A DNA stretch of 64,000 nt from Styela clava (taxonomy: Eukaryota): positions 12,214,001 through 12,278,000 of the forward strand of contig NC_135258.1 of assembly GCF_964204865.1 (NCBI RefSeq), read 5' to 3'. How positions within the stretch are numbered: the first letter of the stretch is position 1; each line of letters begins with the position of its first letter. Position numbers and translations under genes: made by a program. This document shows positions 1 through 11,645 of the stretch, piece by piece. The notes beneath the pieces were generated by a model that was not told the DNA's origin, made no database searches, and worked only from the letters and a program-made list of their open reading frames with translations.

Positions 1-861
1 ATCTTATATATCATCAAAAACCGGGAAAAAGTCGCGTACTCAGCTTTGTTTGTTAACACGAAAATTTTCGACGTCAATTTAAAAGTAATGGATAAAAAAG
101 GCAAATCCCGCTCACAATTGACCTTGTTTCGATTTTAGTGACGAAATGTTTTTAAGGGTCAAGCAAACATAATTTGTGGCGTAGGCACACGAAATTTTGC
201 GATTTTTGATGCCTAGAAGAGCGTTTTTAGACTGACGCGGGCCTCAACAAAACTAATATTGTTTACAGTTTTATTTTTAGTGTTTTATATTGCTGCTTTT
301 CAACTTTTCGACATAGTAAATGCTTTGATCTTTGCTCGCAAATTATGCTGGGCCTTGCACGAAATCCATAACGTGAAAAGATACGTCCAGCGGTGAAAAT
401 TGTTTATATTAACTTTAGATCTAGTTAATTTTTTAGCGATAATAATTAATTGTTGTAATGAAACACAGTTTGCCTCTTTCACTTCTCTCGCACGTGCCAA
501 CAATAACACTATTGAAAGATTTTGACAATGAGAAAATCATATTAAATTGTACAAAAATGAATTAGTTGTGCAAAACCGTGGCGCGCGGTCGGCGGTGCGT
601 TTGAAGACGGAGTATTACCCGTGCGGGCGCGCATGTTTCACGAAAATGTGAGGTGCTCCGAAGGCGCTCTGGTCCACATTTTTGTAAGAAAACAGTTATA
701 ATATCGGTGACTATTAACCGTTTAATTGCGCTTGACTATCGCACTTTTCGGAAATGATATTTTTGCAAGACGGAAACAACATGTATCAAATTTTTTTACG
801 AAATTATTGGGGGGGCGACCGCCTCCCCCCCCCCCTCGCCCCCCCCGGGTGTCCGCCCCTG
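1..861. mobile_element. Probable right-hand part of a non-autonomous DNA transposon in a CAND1 intron
   Basis: Ends in a C-rich tract followed by GGGTGTCCGCCCCTG (CAGGGGCGGA-type terminus on the minus strand) and is CpG-richer than other introns. The other end is not in the window. Confidence 0.35.
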
Positions 862-1075
862 ATGCAGACCACATTAATCACTTGTTCGTGCTTGTGCATG
901 TGATACTTTATTATTGTTCGAAGCCAAGTTTCAGGCACTCGAAAACAAGTGGAAACTTGAAAATAGTTACTTTCTGCATTTGAATAAACTATACCACATG
1001 ACAACTGGAAAACGTAGGCTAAAATTTGCCAATTGTTTCTGAAAAGTGAAGCATTATAAAAAACTGTGTTCACAG

Positions 1076-4000
1076 GGATATCACGGTGAAAATGATCCAC
1101 GATGTTGAACAGGAACTTGCTCCACTGATTAATGAAAATGACCTTCATATTACTCAGCTTGCTATAAGACTTCTATCATTGATGATCAATACACCTGCTG
1201 CATCTGCAGGTATGGGAATAATATATATTTCTTCTTTTCCTTCACGTAACTCATAGAGGATGTATTGTGTTCTTCACCATTTGTAAACTTTAGAGAAATC
1301 TCGGAAAGCATGAAAATTTTTTAGTCATAAAGATTAAATATGAGTGTAGGTAATCACACCATTTGTATGATCATTTCAATTGGTATTAAATAAAAAAATA
1401 ATGATTTACCCTTTCTGAAAAGTCATGGTTTTTGCAGTGATGATTTGTTACATAATTGCTTTATCTAAATACAATCTAAAAGACTGATGTTTTGCTTCTT
1501 CACTTGTGAATGAACTCGCACGGACACAAATTTCTACTTTAACAGGAGGTCCCAACTGGCCCTCACCACTCGATGCCCGTCCCAATTTAACAAGCGATAT
1601 TTTGCCAACTGTGTATGTTATCGTTCAGTCATCACTTCTACAAGGTGAGCATGAGGTTTTCACTCAACATATTTTAGTTTTTTGTACTTGTGTTCCATAT
1701 GCTGTATGTTGTTGTTTCAGTGATACTATTGGCCAGGTTATACTAGGAATAAATTTTCCTGGCTGCTTCATTTAAGAAGGTGTTTTCCCGTTTGAGCATG
1801 AAATGACGTAACACAGATGGCTATGTGTGAATATGCAGCAAGATTTAATTCGACTGATCTGTGCATTTCATTGCATTTAGCTATTGACTTTTTAAAGGGA
1901 GTTTCAAGATTTGATGCATTCTATTTAACTTTTTTTTATATACTGTTTAGTTAGACCTTATAAAAATAAAAATCTTTGTTCTTACTTTTGCAATCTCAGT
2001 TTGGTATTTTTGCCAGCACAACGTTGAAGTTTGTTATTCGGAGTATAGTAAGTTTACTGCTACCTGGATATATACCTTACTTGTAATATTGTTCAGGTGG
2101 AGCATTGAAAGCTGTTTTGGATTTCTTCAAGACATTGGTGACTTGCCAGGCAGCACGATCTGATGGAAGTGAGATTTCATTCCATAAAGTTTTACGAAAA
2201 CTAATCGAACCGATTTATGTACCGGAAAAACAAACAAAACAACAAGCAAGAGCTTCCATGTCTCCGCCACCATCAGCAGGACAGGCTAGACAAACTTTGA
2301 GCAAGCAAGCTTATCATTCAACTGGTAGGTATCTGGAATATATTTCACTGAGTTTTCACTAAATGCAGGGTAATATGTTGGCCTTGACATAGTTTCATAA
2401 GAACTATTTAAAATTGGAATTGAAAAGATGAAATTGATATTTATTGCACTAGTCATATTCAAAAGGACTTGATATTTTATTTTTTATTAAATGTGTTGGC
2501 ATCGCGGATTGTACATTGCAGAATGCTTGTATGGAGTCATGTTCAGAGCAAAGGCCATGTATGTGTGTCATGTATTTTCTGTAATCATGTTTATTTTACA
2601 TCTAAAATACTTTTCATATATTTTACTATTCCCAAGAAGGCAACATAGACCATATTCAATTGATTTTGATTCATCAATTAATCAAATGAGAAGATGAATA
2701 ATAATTAATTAATACATATAATAAAAAGGACGTTATTTTGGTTTCGATAAAAATAAAACGAAAAAATAAGAAAACTCCAACAACATTCAAAACCTGTAGT
2801 CCGTACACTCATAACTTCGAATTTTCATAAGCAATATTTATTTTTATTCAACAGCAAAATGCATCTCTGCATTGACTCATGCATGTCCAGAAGAGACTGA
2901 CAACATTGTTCGACAATTTGTCATGGATACTTCTAATCCAAAATCTAGTGATTCAATTCGTACATTCGCCGTTCTTTCGATTGGTGAAATTGGATTGAGA
3001 GTTGACTTGAGTCCTTTCCCAGATATTGAAAAGGTATTATAGAAATATTGATAAGAATCATAGTCCTGGCATAAGCTGTGTGTAACATTTTGCAACCCTG
3101 ATGCTTAGATTTCATTTTTTTAGCAAAATAATATGAACACTGTACTGATAAATAATAGAGGTTTGGAAATTGGAATACTACGTTACTCAATTTAAAAATG
3201 AGTATAATATATAATTCAAGATTATGTTTTTTGGTGGCATGAGGGATTGATTGCCCGACTAACTAATCATAAAGTATCAGATTTAAAACTGTTGTCAAAC
3301 AACCTATTTTATTACCATGTCTGTATGTATTAAGGTTATCATGAAAGCATTTGCAGCATCTAGTGAAGAAGTCAAGTCTGCTGCATCGTTTTCACTTGGT
3401 CGTGTTAGTATTGGTAATCTACAGCATTATCTACCAATACTTCTGAAGGAAATTCATAACCAGGTACTAACTTGACTATAGATATTAAATTCATGGGGTG
3501 GTATAGAGCTGTATTCAATTTGTTATATTGTCCGGTTGTTGAGAAGTTGTTGAATGTTTCGAATTGAAATGTGCTGTCATGAATTAGACCTGGAAACTGC
3601 ATTTTTTAAAGTTAAATAAATATGTTGTAAGAGTTATTGGACAATTTGCTTGCCTGGCTGTTAAAACAAACATGTAGCAATATACAATACATTTAGTAAA
3701 CGTATATGTTGAATTCATATGTATTTTTCCATTAAAATTTTTTTAACATTCAGCCAAAAAGTCAATATCTACTACTGCATGCTCTCAAAGAAACCATCAG
3801 TCTGTCAGAATTTTCTGTCCTAGAGAAATATGTTGTCGATATCTGGAAACTACTTTTTAAGCATTGTGAATGCGAAGAAGAAGGCAAGTGTTGTATCTAG
3901 TGTAACAAAGATAATTCCATCATGTCACACATGCATATGTCATAATTTGGTTGAATATAATTACTTTGCATCTAATCTTTTTTTTGCAAACCATTACACA

Positions 4001-7000
4001 CTTAAAATCTAAAAATGAATCTCATCTCAAAAACCCATACCTTCTCATGGGTATGTTTTGATTTCTCAAAAGTAGTTGGGGCTGGCAGTTGATCAGGTTT
4101 TCAAGATAGTGTAAGGTGAAAGAGACAGTCGATTATGCGAACTATTGACATGTTCTTTTGTTTGCGATTAGTTAAATTGTCATTTCATATATTTGGGCTT
4201 CCATGGTGAAAGTACTTATAATTTAACTAGCATGGACCACCCTGGGATGCTAATAAGCCTTTTAGCATTATAATCCCTCACAAGATGCGAACTGATGAAT
4301 CTGATGATGCAGCGTTCCAAACAAAGCACAATGTCTTTGCAGACTCAAGTGTATGTCTGTCACACCAATCCCGCCTCTGAAAATCTTCACAATGCAAGAG
4401 AGGTTCAATAAATGCTTCTCCATCTGTCATAGAAAAAATTTTCGAATCTAAATCAAATTTGTATATTGACACAATGCTTTGCAGGAACAAGAAACGTAGT
4501 AGCTGAATGTCTTGGAAAATTGACTCTCATTCATCCAACCATATTGTTGCCTGAATTACGACAAAATTTAACATCCACTTCAGTGCTTGTACGAGCAACT
4601 GTCGTCACTGCATTCAAATTTACAATTACGGATCAACCGACTTTGGTTGATGCATTATTAAAAGAATGTATTGGAGAATTCTTAGCATTACTGTTGGTGA
4701 GTACATTGACATATTTTTTGATACTCTGGAAAATCTGTAAAGAGGTCTTTTGTCATGAAACCTTCGAAGTCACATATGTGCATTTACAAAGTAAATGTTA
4801 AACAAAAATTGATTTGAAATTTGATTACTTGTCAACCAAAACTACCATTCCTAATTGTATAAATTGTCTGCATTGAGCAATGTCACTAAATATTGAAAAA
4901 ACCATTTTCAGACAAAACCGTTGCAGACAAATTTTTTGTGAGAACTCACTACCTTGTATCTGTTTTCCTAACAGTATTGACTTGAACTGCTTCAAGTCTC
5001 TCGTTAACCATCCTTTACCCAACTAATACCTTCGCTTGGAGAGTAGTCCCATTATTGTGAGTGTGACGAATTTTTTCGAAAAAATTTTATCATCTTTTTT
5101 TTCTTATTCCAGGATGGAGAGTTGAATGTACGTCGTGTCACTCTAACCATGTTAAATTCTGCGGCTCATAATAAACCAGCATTAATTCGTGATCTGCTGC
5201 CTGAGATTCTTCCGCACTTGTACAACGAGACTAAGATAAGGACTGAGCTAATAAGGTAACATAGTTTGAGTCTATAGCAAAAACAGAATGAGTATATATT
5301 TTGGTTTCAATTTGGAATCGAATTTTCAAAGAATCAGTTAACACTTAACATTGACACCCAAATAAAATATTCTGATAATCCAGCAGTTGTTTTCGAAATT
5401 GATTTCAATTTATAAATTATAAGTTCATATTGTATATAAATACTTCGTCTATGATTTGATGTAGATCGATTTCACTGATGGTTATTGGTATACAAAATTA
5501 TGCTTCGTGAATATTCATAAGAATGGATAATTTTATGAGTATCCCAAGTGTCAAGTTGAGTATGTCAAGTTTGTCTCTACTATTCTCTATTCAGAGAGGT
5601 TTTGATGGGTCCTTTCAAACACACAGTAGATGATGGTCTTGATGTAAGAAAGGCTGCATTTGAGTGCATGTACACATTACTTGATACATGCGTACAACAG
5701 CTTGATATATTTGAATTTTTGAAATATGTTGAAAATGGATTGAAAGACAGTTATGATATAAAGGTATGTAATTACTTGGTTTTATTTTCTTTGATAACAA
5801 TATATTCCATTATTAATTGTATAATAAATATGCACTTCAGGGCTATTTCTTTTCTTGGTTCCCAACTTCCCATCTTGTTTCTGTTATACATATAAGATTT
5901 AAACTTTACACTTCTTATGATGAATAGAGACAGTGTTTTCTAGTTTGCAGTAAGAGATGAATAATGGTTAATTTAGACTAATATTTGCATTGCTTCATGA
6001 CAATTGGCTCCTTTTCTTATGGTGCACATCGCAAAATATTCTGTGGAATACTCGGAAGGCATTTGCAGTTACCTCGGGATAAATCTGAAAATCTCGTTCT
6101 TTCTGTTCATGATATATTTTCGAAAATTTCAACCCTTGTTCTGATTTGCAGATGCTGACTTTCTTGATGTTGGTGCGATTGGCAGGATTGTGTCCAAATG
6201 TTGTCTTACAACACTTAGACAAACTCATAGAACCATTACGTGCAACTTGTGCTGTGAAGGTAAATATTGTATATATACATATATCTCATCATAATCGAAA
6301 ATGGCTTCAGCGGCTAAGATATTGCTCCTCCACCCACTTCACGGTTTCAGTAACTATTGTAGAATGCCAACGATAAATTGAGGATTCATTAATGGGAATT
6401 CAAATAGCATCAGACTGAATTTGTATGGTTGTCTACAGCTAGATGATTTGGTACGCTAAAATTCATCTCAGCATTTTATATTAATTTGGATAAGGTTCGG
6501 TAATTTAATTCCAATGTACAAAGGCTATTTAAACTATAAGTACCTCGGAATGAAGTTTAGAAATATTATTGCTGCCTACTTTTCTCAAGATCTTTCTGCC
6601 TGATAAAATAATTAGATTTGTTTATTTCACGATATATTGCAGGTGAAAGCAGATTCAGTAAAACAGGAATTTGAAAAGCAAGATGAATTGAAAAGATCTG
6701 CATTACGTGCAGTACATGCTTTACTTAATATTCCTGAGGCTGATAAATCACCAGTCATGAGTGAATTCCTAGCCCAGGTACGGTCAATAACGTGGGAAAG
6801 AGCGTTGATTTTTTAAAATAATACATTTGAACTGCATTGTCCTTTCTCTTTTTCGCTATTTGAACCTAGGCACAGTTTAAAATCACGCCTGATTGAGCAT
6901 AAATGACCTCGCTACAGGAACTATGGTATTGTTAGTCTAATCATGTGAAATAATTGTTTACTTTAGGTATGCCTAATATAAGGCGAACTTGTTATAAATT

Positions 7001-7304
7001 CAGTGGATTTCCCTAGAACTTTTTATGGCTCGTTTATACCTTCATTTCAGTCACGTCCCTCCACTGGAAATTAAGTCAATGCATCTGAAAAATCGAATAA
7101 CCGGCTAACTAATCCCACACCCGACATGGACATGGTCTAACATAGTTGAGGCCACACGCTGGCTACGTAATATCACCAACTCTTTATATCATTCAGGTGA
7201 GGTCAAGCGCAGAACTATCATCTATGTTTGAAAGCGTGCAAAAAGATTCAACAGCAACATCTCTGACTGCATCAACCTCTGTTGAAACCATGGACACAAG
7301 TTGA
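1076..7304 (+). CDS. CAND1: Cullin-associated NEDD8-dissociated protein 1, 3' part (5' exons lie upstream of the window)
   Basis: Exons 1076-1209, 1546-1644, 2097-2324, 2855-3033, 3335-3463, 3754-3883, 4485-4696, 5113-5255, 5595-5763, 6152-6259, 6643-6777 and 7197-7304 splice in frame. Translation gives CAND1 hallmarks [65 protein letters not shown] and C-terminal ETMDTS-stop. Confidence 0.97.
3884..4484 (+). other. GC-AG intron in CAND1
   Basis: Donor AAG/GCAAGT and acceptor TTTGCAG/GA. This junction restores the conserved CEEEGTRNVV. Confidence 0.9.
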
Positions 7305-8111
7305 ACGGCTGTGTTCTAAAATGTCTTACAATCTGTATACAGTTCAAAAGTGTCGTCCTAATTTCTTTATTATGAGCATATGCGCCACAAGGAATGCCAG
7401 ATAAAGAAGAGAGCGTACACTATCACTACAAGATTTTGTTTTGTTAAAATCCCAAACTTCAATCATTGATTGGAATAGTTCGTTTTATCGCCCTGAACTT
7501 ATAAGGAAAGCTTGAAATGTTATGATGCCAAAAGTCAATTTCCAATCAGGAGTTAGTAAACGCAATGTTGCGAGAGAAGCTTTCTGATCGAAAAATTCAT
7601 TTACTTCATGCCTTATTTTGATACATTATCCATGGTGAAGGCACAGAACGCACCTCTTGTTAAGTGTCAAGTTCTATTAATAAATAGCCAAGCGTTGGCT
7701 TTGCCTTCCATATAACTATTCATGGCTCATGTTGTTCAGTTTATTTATAGTATGGTCACCCTACGAAATTTGCTATCCATTTGTCCAAATAATGTTTAAT
7801 GCTAAGTTTTGTGTGAGATTAAACTTCTGTGGGCACATGTAATTGCAGATTAAATGTCTTTTGCCTTTGTTATATAGCTTATCACGATCTCATTTCTGCA
7901 CAGATTATGTATATAATGCTCGCATGAATTAATTTGTTCATTTTTCTCACTGCTGCGAATATGTTCGATTATTTGTTCCAATTAGGATGAATGTTATGAA
8001 GTTCAAAATGCAGCAAAATCTGTTAAATTTGCATTGATTGATGTATAATAACTTAGTAGCCAGGAACTTCTTGTGAAGCAGTATTCAGATATTAGAAAAT
8101 CTTAGTCCGCC

Positions 8112-8745
8112 CTAAACCATGTCGTGATGTTCGTATAACACAAACGGTATTACAGCTGTTACTGCAATAGGATCCGCCAAATTGAAAAAGGCAAAGGCCG
8201 AAGCAGGTGAGTTTTGGTATATAGATGTGATTGCAAATGCGGCAATCTTGTCTGGAAAGTGCAGGTGCGGGATTGTTGTCCGTAATCCCCGATTCTCGGA
8301 AGTCGTTGCTATGTCCAGCTGTGGATTTAATAACAAGGGTGAAATGGATACACATAACTTCCATCTCGTGCGCACTTCTAAAATTGATAATACTTTGTCG
8401 GCACCTCCTTTAGAGTGGTTCTGCGACAAGCTGACAAGTTTTTGGTGCAGCACTTATCAACGTAAAAATAGTATTTCACGGAACCACCCAGTTTTAACCT
8501 CGTCTAGTGGTTAGTTGAGCATTTCGTTTGGATGACTCAATTCTTTGACAAATTAGACTGAAGGCAACATCAGGTGGAGGTGAAGTTCGCTTTTGGTGTC
8601 GGGTAACGCTGGGAGAAGCAGAATACTGTGATTACATTAAAATTGTGTTTTCGCCAAATAGATTAGATATTTGCGCAGTTGTTCCACGCTTGTCAAGTAC
8701 CTTGTTTTCCCAAGGATACCCAATAATAGGAAAGCGTTCACTCAT
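8112..8745 (-). CDS. Putative spliced gene of unknown function (about 170 aa)
   Basis: Candidate exons 8745-8701 (MSERFPIIGYPWENK), 8625-8499 and 8452-8112 join in frame across GT-AG introns of 75 and 46 nt. The region is more GC-rich than its flanks. No recognisable domain. Confidence 0.3.
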
Positions 8746-8927
8746 TATGCTTAGTGATTTTCTTTTGTGTTGTGCACGATAGTCCCCTAACCGGCATGAG
8801 TGCTTAGTTTAACTAGAAGCCAGTGAAATATAGAATGGGAAGGATACAAAATAGGCTTCTGCGAATGTTGGGGCCGAGTGACGTTCATGAAATCTTTGAA
8901 CATGCTTGACGTCCAAGCACATTTTTC

Positions 8928-9238
8928 GGGCTTCATGTAGTTTCGTACCTAACGTACTTCTAGTAGGCGTAGCATAACAATTTTTTCACGTGTCAATTCT
9001 AACCCCCACCTGACCACGCCATCCAAAAATTACGTCACTACGACGTCAGTCAGTTCTTTTTCGTCGGCGCCGATGCCATTTCGGGCGATCGTGCGAGAAT
9101 TTGGCAAGCTCTATGACTTTATTATGACGTTGTAGTGACGTAATTTTTGGAGGACGGTGAGGGTTAGGATTGGCATGTCAAAAAATTGTTATACTACGCC
9201 TACTAGAAGTAGGTTAGGTACGAAACTACACGAGACCC
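8928..9238. mobile_element. Foldback-type MITE with long imperfect TIRs (GGG...CCC termini)
   Basis: About 120 bp inverted arms (GTAGTTTCGTACCTAAC...GTTAGGTACGAAACTAC), flanked by direct repeat TTTTTC. Confidence 0.85.
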
Positions 9239-9407
9239 TTTTTCTCGTATTACAATTTGAAGCAAATACAATCGTCGTTATGCTCCAATGAATTTGCAGG
9301 GTTCAAATTGCACACGCGTCACTTGGCAAGAGCTAACGACTGTTCTTGGTCAGTTGTTCTGTTCAGCATAGCAGTGAGGTGTGAGATACTTCTGTTGAAA
9401 TTGAAAT

Positions 9408-10760
9408 ATGTTGTCTACAACTGTTCGAACAGCTCTTTCTGTAAGCAGGTATTAATCTATGGTTGTGTTTTCGGGTTTCGTCAGGTGATTTTATTAATGT
9501 GTTGTTAGAATATATCTGCGCCAGGCCTGTGTAAGCCAAATCAGATGTTGTGTAATGGCAAAGATTACATTCAGATAAATATGAAGTCAAAAACTTGGGT
9601 CTAGTATAGTTTAGTACCACAAGTATTTCCAGTGGGCGTAGCATAACGATTTTTGCATATGTTATTCCTAACCCTCACCTGACTATGCCATCCAAAAATT
9701 ACGTCACTACGACGTCACCATCACGTCATAGGGATTGCCAAAGTATAATTACGATCGCCCGAAATGGCATCTGCGCCGCCGATAAGAACTTGCTAAAGCC
9801 GGCGATCTCTCTCATATCGTGATCGTTGCGACGAGAAAACGAGAGAAATAGCTTGCTCGATTTCGGGTTATCGTCTGCGCGCTTTGGACGACCATCCGCA
9901 TACTTCGGTGGGACTTATTACGCCACTGTGATGTCGGAATGACGTAATTTTTCGGGGGTTAGGATTGACATATGCAAAAATTGTTGAGCCAGGCCAACTA
10001 GAAGTGGATGTGGTACTAAACTATACCAGACCCAAAAACTTAGCCCAGATTTTTCTAAACCAGGCGGATATGTGTTCGTCACATCGGACTTTCAGCCTCA
10101 ACATGCAATTCAGGAATTGATGGGAAATTTGAAGCTGCGATACAAAAATTGGGTACACTGACAGAAGACCCAGACAATAGTGCGAAACTGAAGATTTATG
10201 GTTTGTTTAAGCAGGTAGGTGGAACTCGTATCAAGTTAATTTGATACCTGCATCTATCCAACAACATCGAACGTGTTTTATCACAGGCAACTTTGGGGAA
10301 GAACACAACAGATAAACCTGGTGCTTTCAACTTTGTTGCACAAGCAAAATGGGCAGCGTGGAACGACTTGGGAGAAATGACACAGGTATTTTGTTGTAGG
10401 GACCCTGCAAATACAGTGGGTTGGAAGAGGCACTTCGGTTATGTTTTACAGCTGTCTGGGGCTACTGACTAGCCTATTTATACTATTTTGTAAGAGATAC
10501 AGTGGTTTAAAATTTGTGTGGTATATTTAAAAACGTGTTGCAACTATATTATTGCTCGATGTCAATGGCATAATAAAGTAATTTCATTGCTTTACTGATG
10601 ACCAAAATTGTCGGGATCAATGATATTGCTGTTGCAATATTATGTAGTAGTCGTATCATTATTCCTTAACAATGCCAAAATGTTTTGTATTTACTGTCTT
10701 CAGGATGAAGCAAAGCAAGCGTATGTTGATATTGTGGATGATCTTGCCTCAAAAGCATAA
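9408..10760 (+). CDS. Stand-alone acyl-CoA-binding (ACB) domain protein with predicted mitochondrial presequence, 115 aa
   Basis: Exons 9408-9448, 10064-10214, 10287-10385 and 10704-10760 give MLSTTVRTALSVSRRICVRHIGLSASTCNSGIDGKFEAAIQKLGTLTEDPDNSAKLKIYGLFKQATLGKNTTDKPGAFNFVAQAKWAAWNDLGEMTQDEAKQAYVDIVDDLASKA. ACB motifs YGLFKQAT and KWxAW are present. ATTAAA lies near 10812. Exon 1 choice is less certain (alternative 9459-9484). Confidence 0.92.
9597..10033. mobile_element. MITE related to 8928-9238, in intron 1 of the ACB gene
   Basis: TIRs GGGTCTAGTATAGTTTAGTACCAC / GTGGTACTAAACTATACCAGACCC. TSD AAAAACTT (8-9 bp). Shares internal sequence CCATCCAAAAATTACGTCACTACGACGTCA with the first element. 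Confidence 0.9.
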
Positions 10761-11190
10761 AACCGTGTCATATTTCCTCATTTTTATTTGTTACATATCT
10801 AAGTTTACCTTATTAAATATTGCAACTTCTGTTTGACTGTGATTTATGGTGAACTATGTTTAGCTATACAAGTTTACAAAAGCTCTGCTCCAGTGGGGAT
10901 CGAATTTTCTAGTATTAAGACAATTTTTGTATTACAAGAAATATTCACTTATTAAGGATCCTTGGATCACGATGATTCGACATCGACGGGGTTACTGGGA
11001 ATTCTGCAAACCATAGTCATGAATATTTTTGTTAAATTTTGTGATGAAATAAAAAACGCTCCTACTTTACTGCCAAGAAAAGTTAATAGCGTTGTGCCAT
11101 GTGTGTTAATATTTCGTTCTGGTTTGAGAGCTCACTTTCAATCCATAGAAATAGCCTCCAGATCTAAAATAAGTCTTTCACTATCTAACT

Positions 11191-11645
11191 CAGGGGTGCA
11201 CAACCTTTTTGCTATCGGCGGCCACATTGCATTTATTTGTAGTCAATACAGCCTCCAGGGGGGCGAATTTTTTTTTGCTTTCATCACGTCCTAACTGCGT
11301 ATTTGACCCAAGCGAGGTGAAGTCTGTCCAATTATGAAGTATGTAGGACTACTTGGGAGTATAATATTCGCATTTTTCTTTTCGGCGGACTTATTCTTGA
11401 GCAGATATATTGCAGCAAATTGCATAATGGTTGCATAATTTTGAAAAAAAAATCGAAGGGGGGGGGGGGGTGCTGAGGTCACTCTCATTTTTTTCCCCGA
11501 AAGCATAATAAAATGTCGAATATTTTAATGAATTTATTCTATAAAAATTTGCAAAGCATAGCCGCCTAATCCTATATTTTGAACTTTTTTTGTTCGTTTG
11601 TTTATAAGATTTTGTATGTGGACGGCCGCAGGTTGTGCATCGTTT
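11191..11645. mobile_element. hAT-family MITE
   Basis: Left TIR CAGGGGTGCACAACCT, degenerate right TIR AGGTTGTGCATCGTTT, and a perfect 8-bp TSD ATCTAACT (11183-11190, 11646-11653). Confidence 0.85.

Noticed and set aside
726-1148. Pro-rich ORF 726-983 and antisense Gly-rich ORF 804-1148
   Set aside because: Both arise from a C/G tract at a probable transposon end inside a CAND1 intron.
4278-4385. TGATGA/CTGA boxes in a CAND1 intron suggesting a C/D snoRNA
   Set aside because: No convincing terminal stem or rRNA-complementary guide could be identified by eye.
8092-8364. CRICNHIYIPKLTC resembling the RPP21/Rpr2 zinc-binding motif
   Set aside because: The upstream RPP21 helical region and a properly spaced second CxxC are not evident, so the similarity is too short to call.
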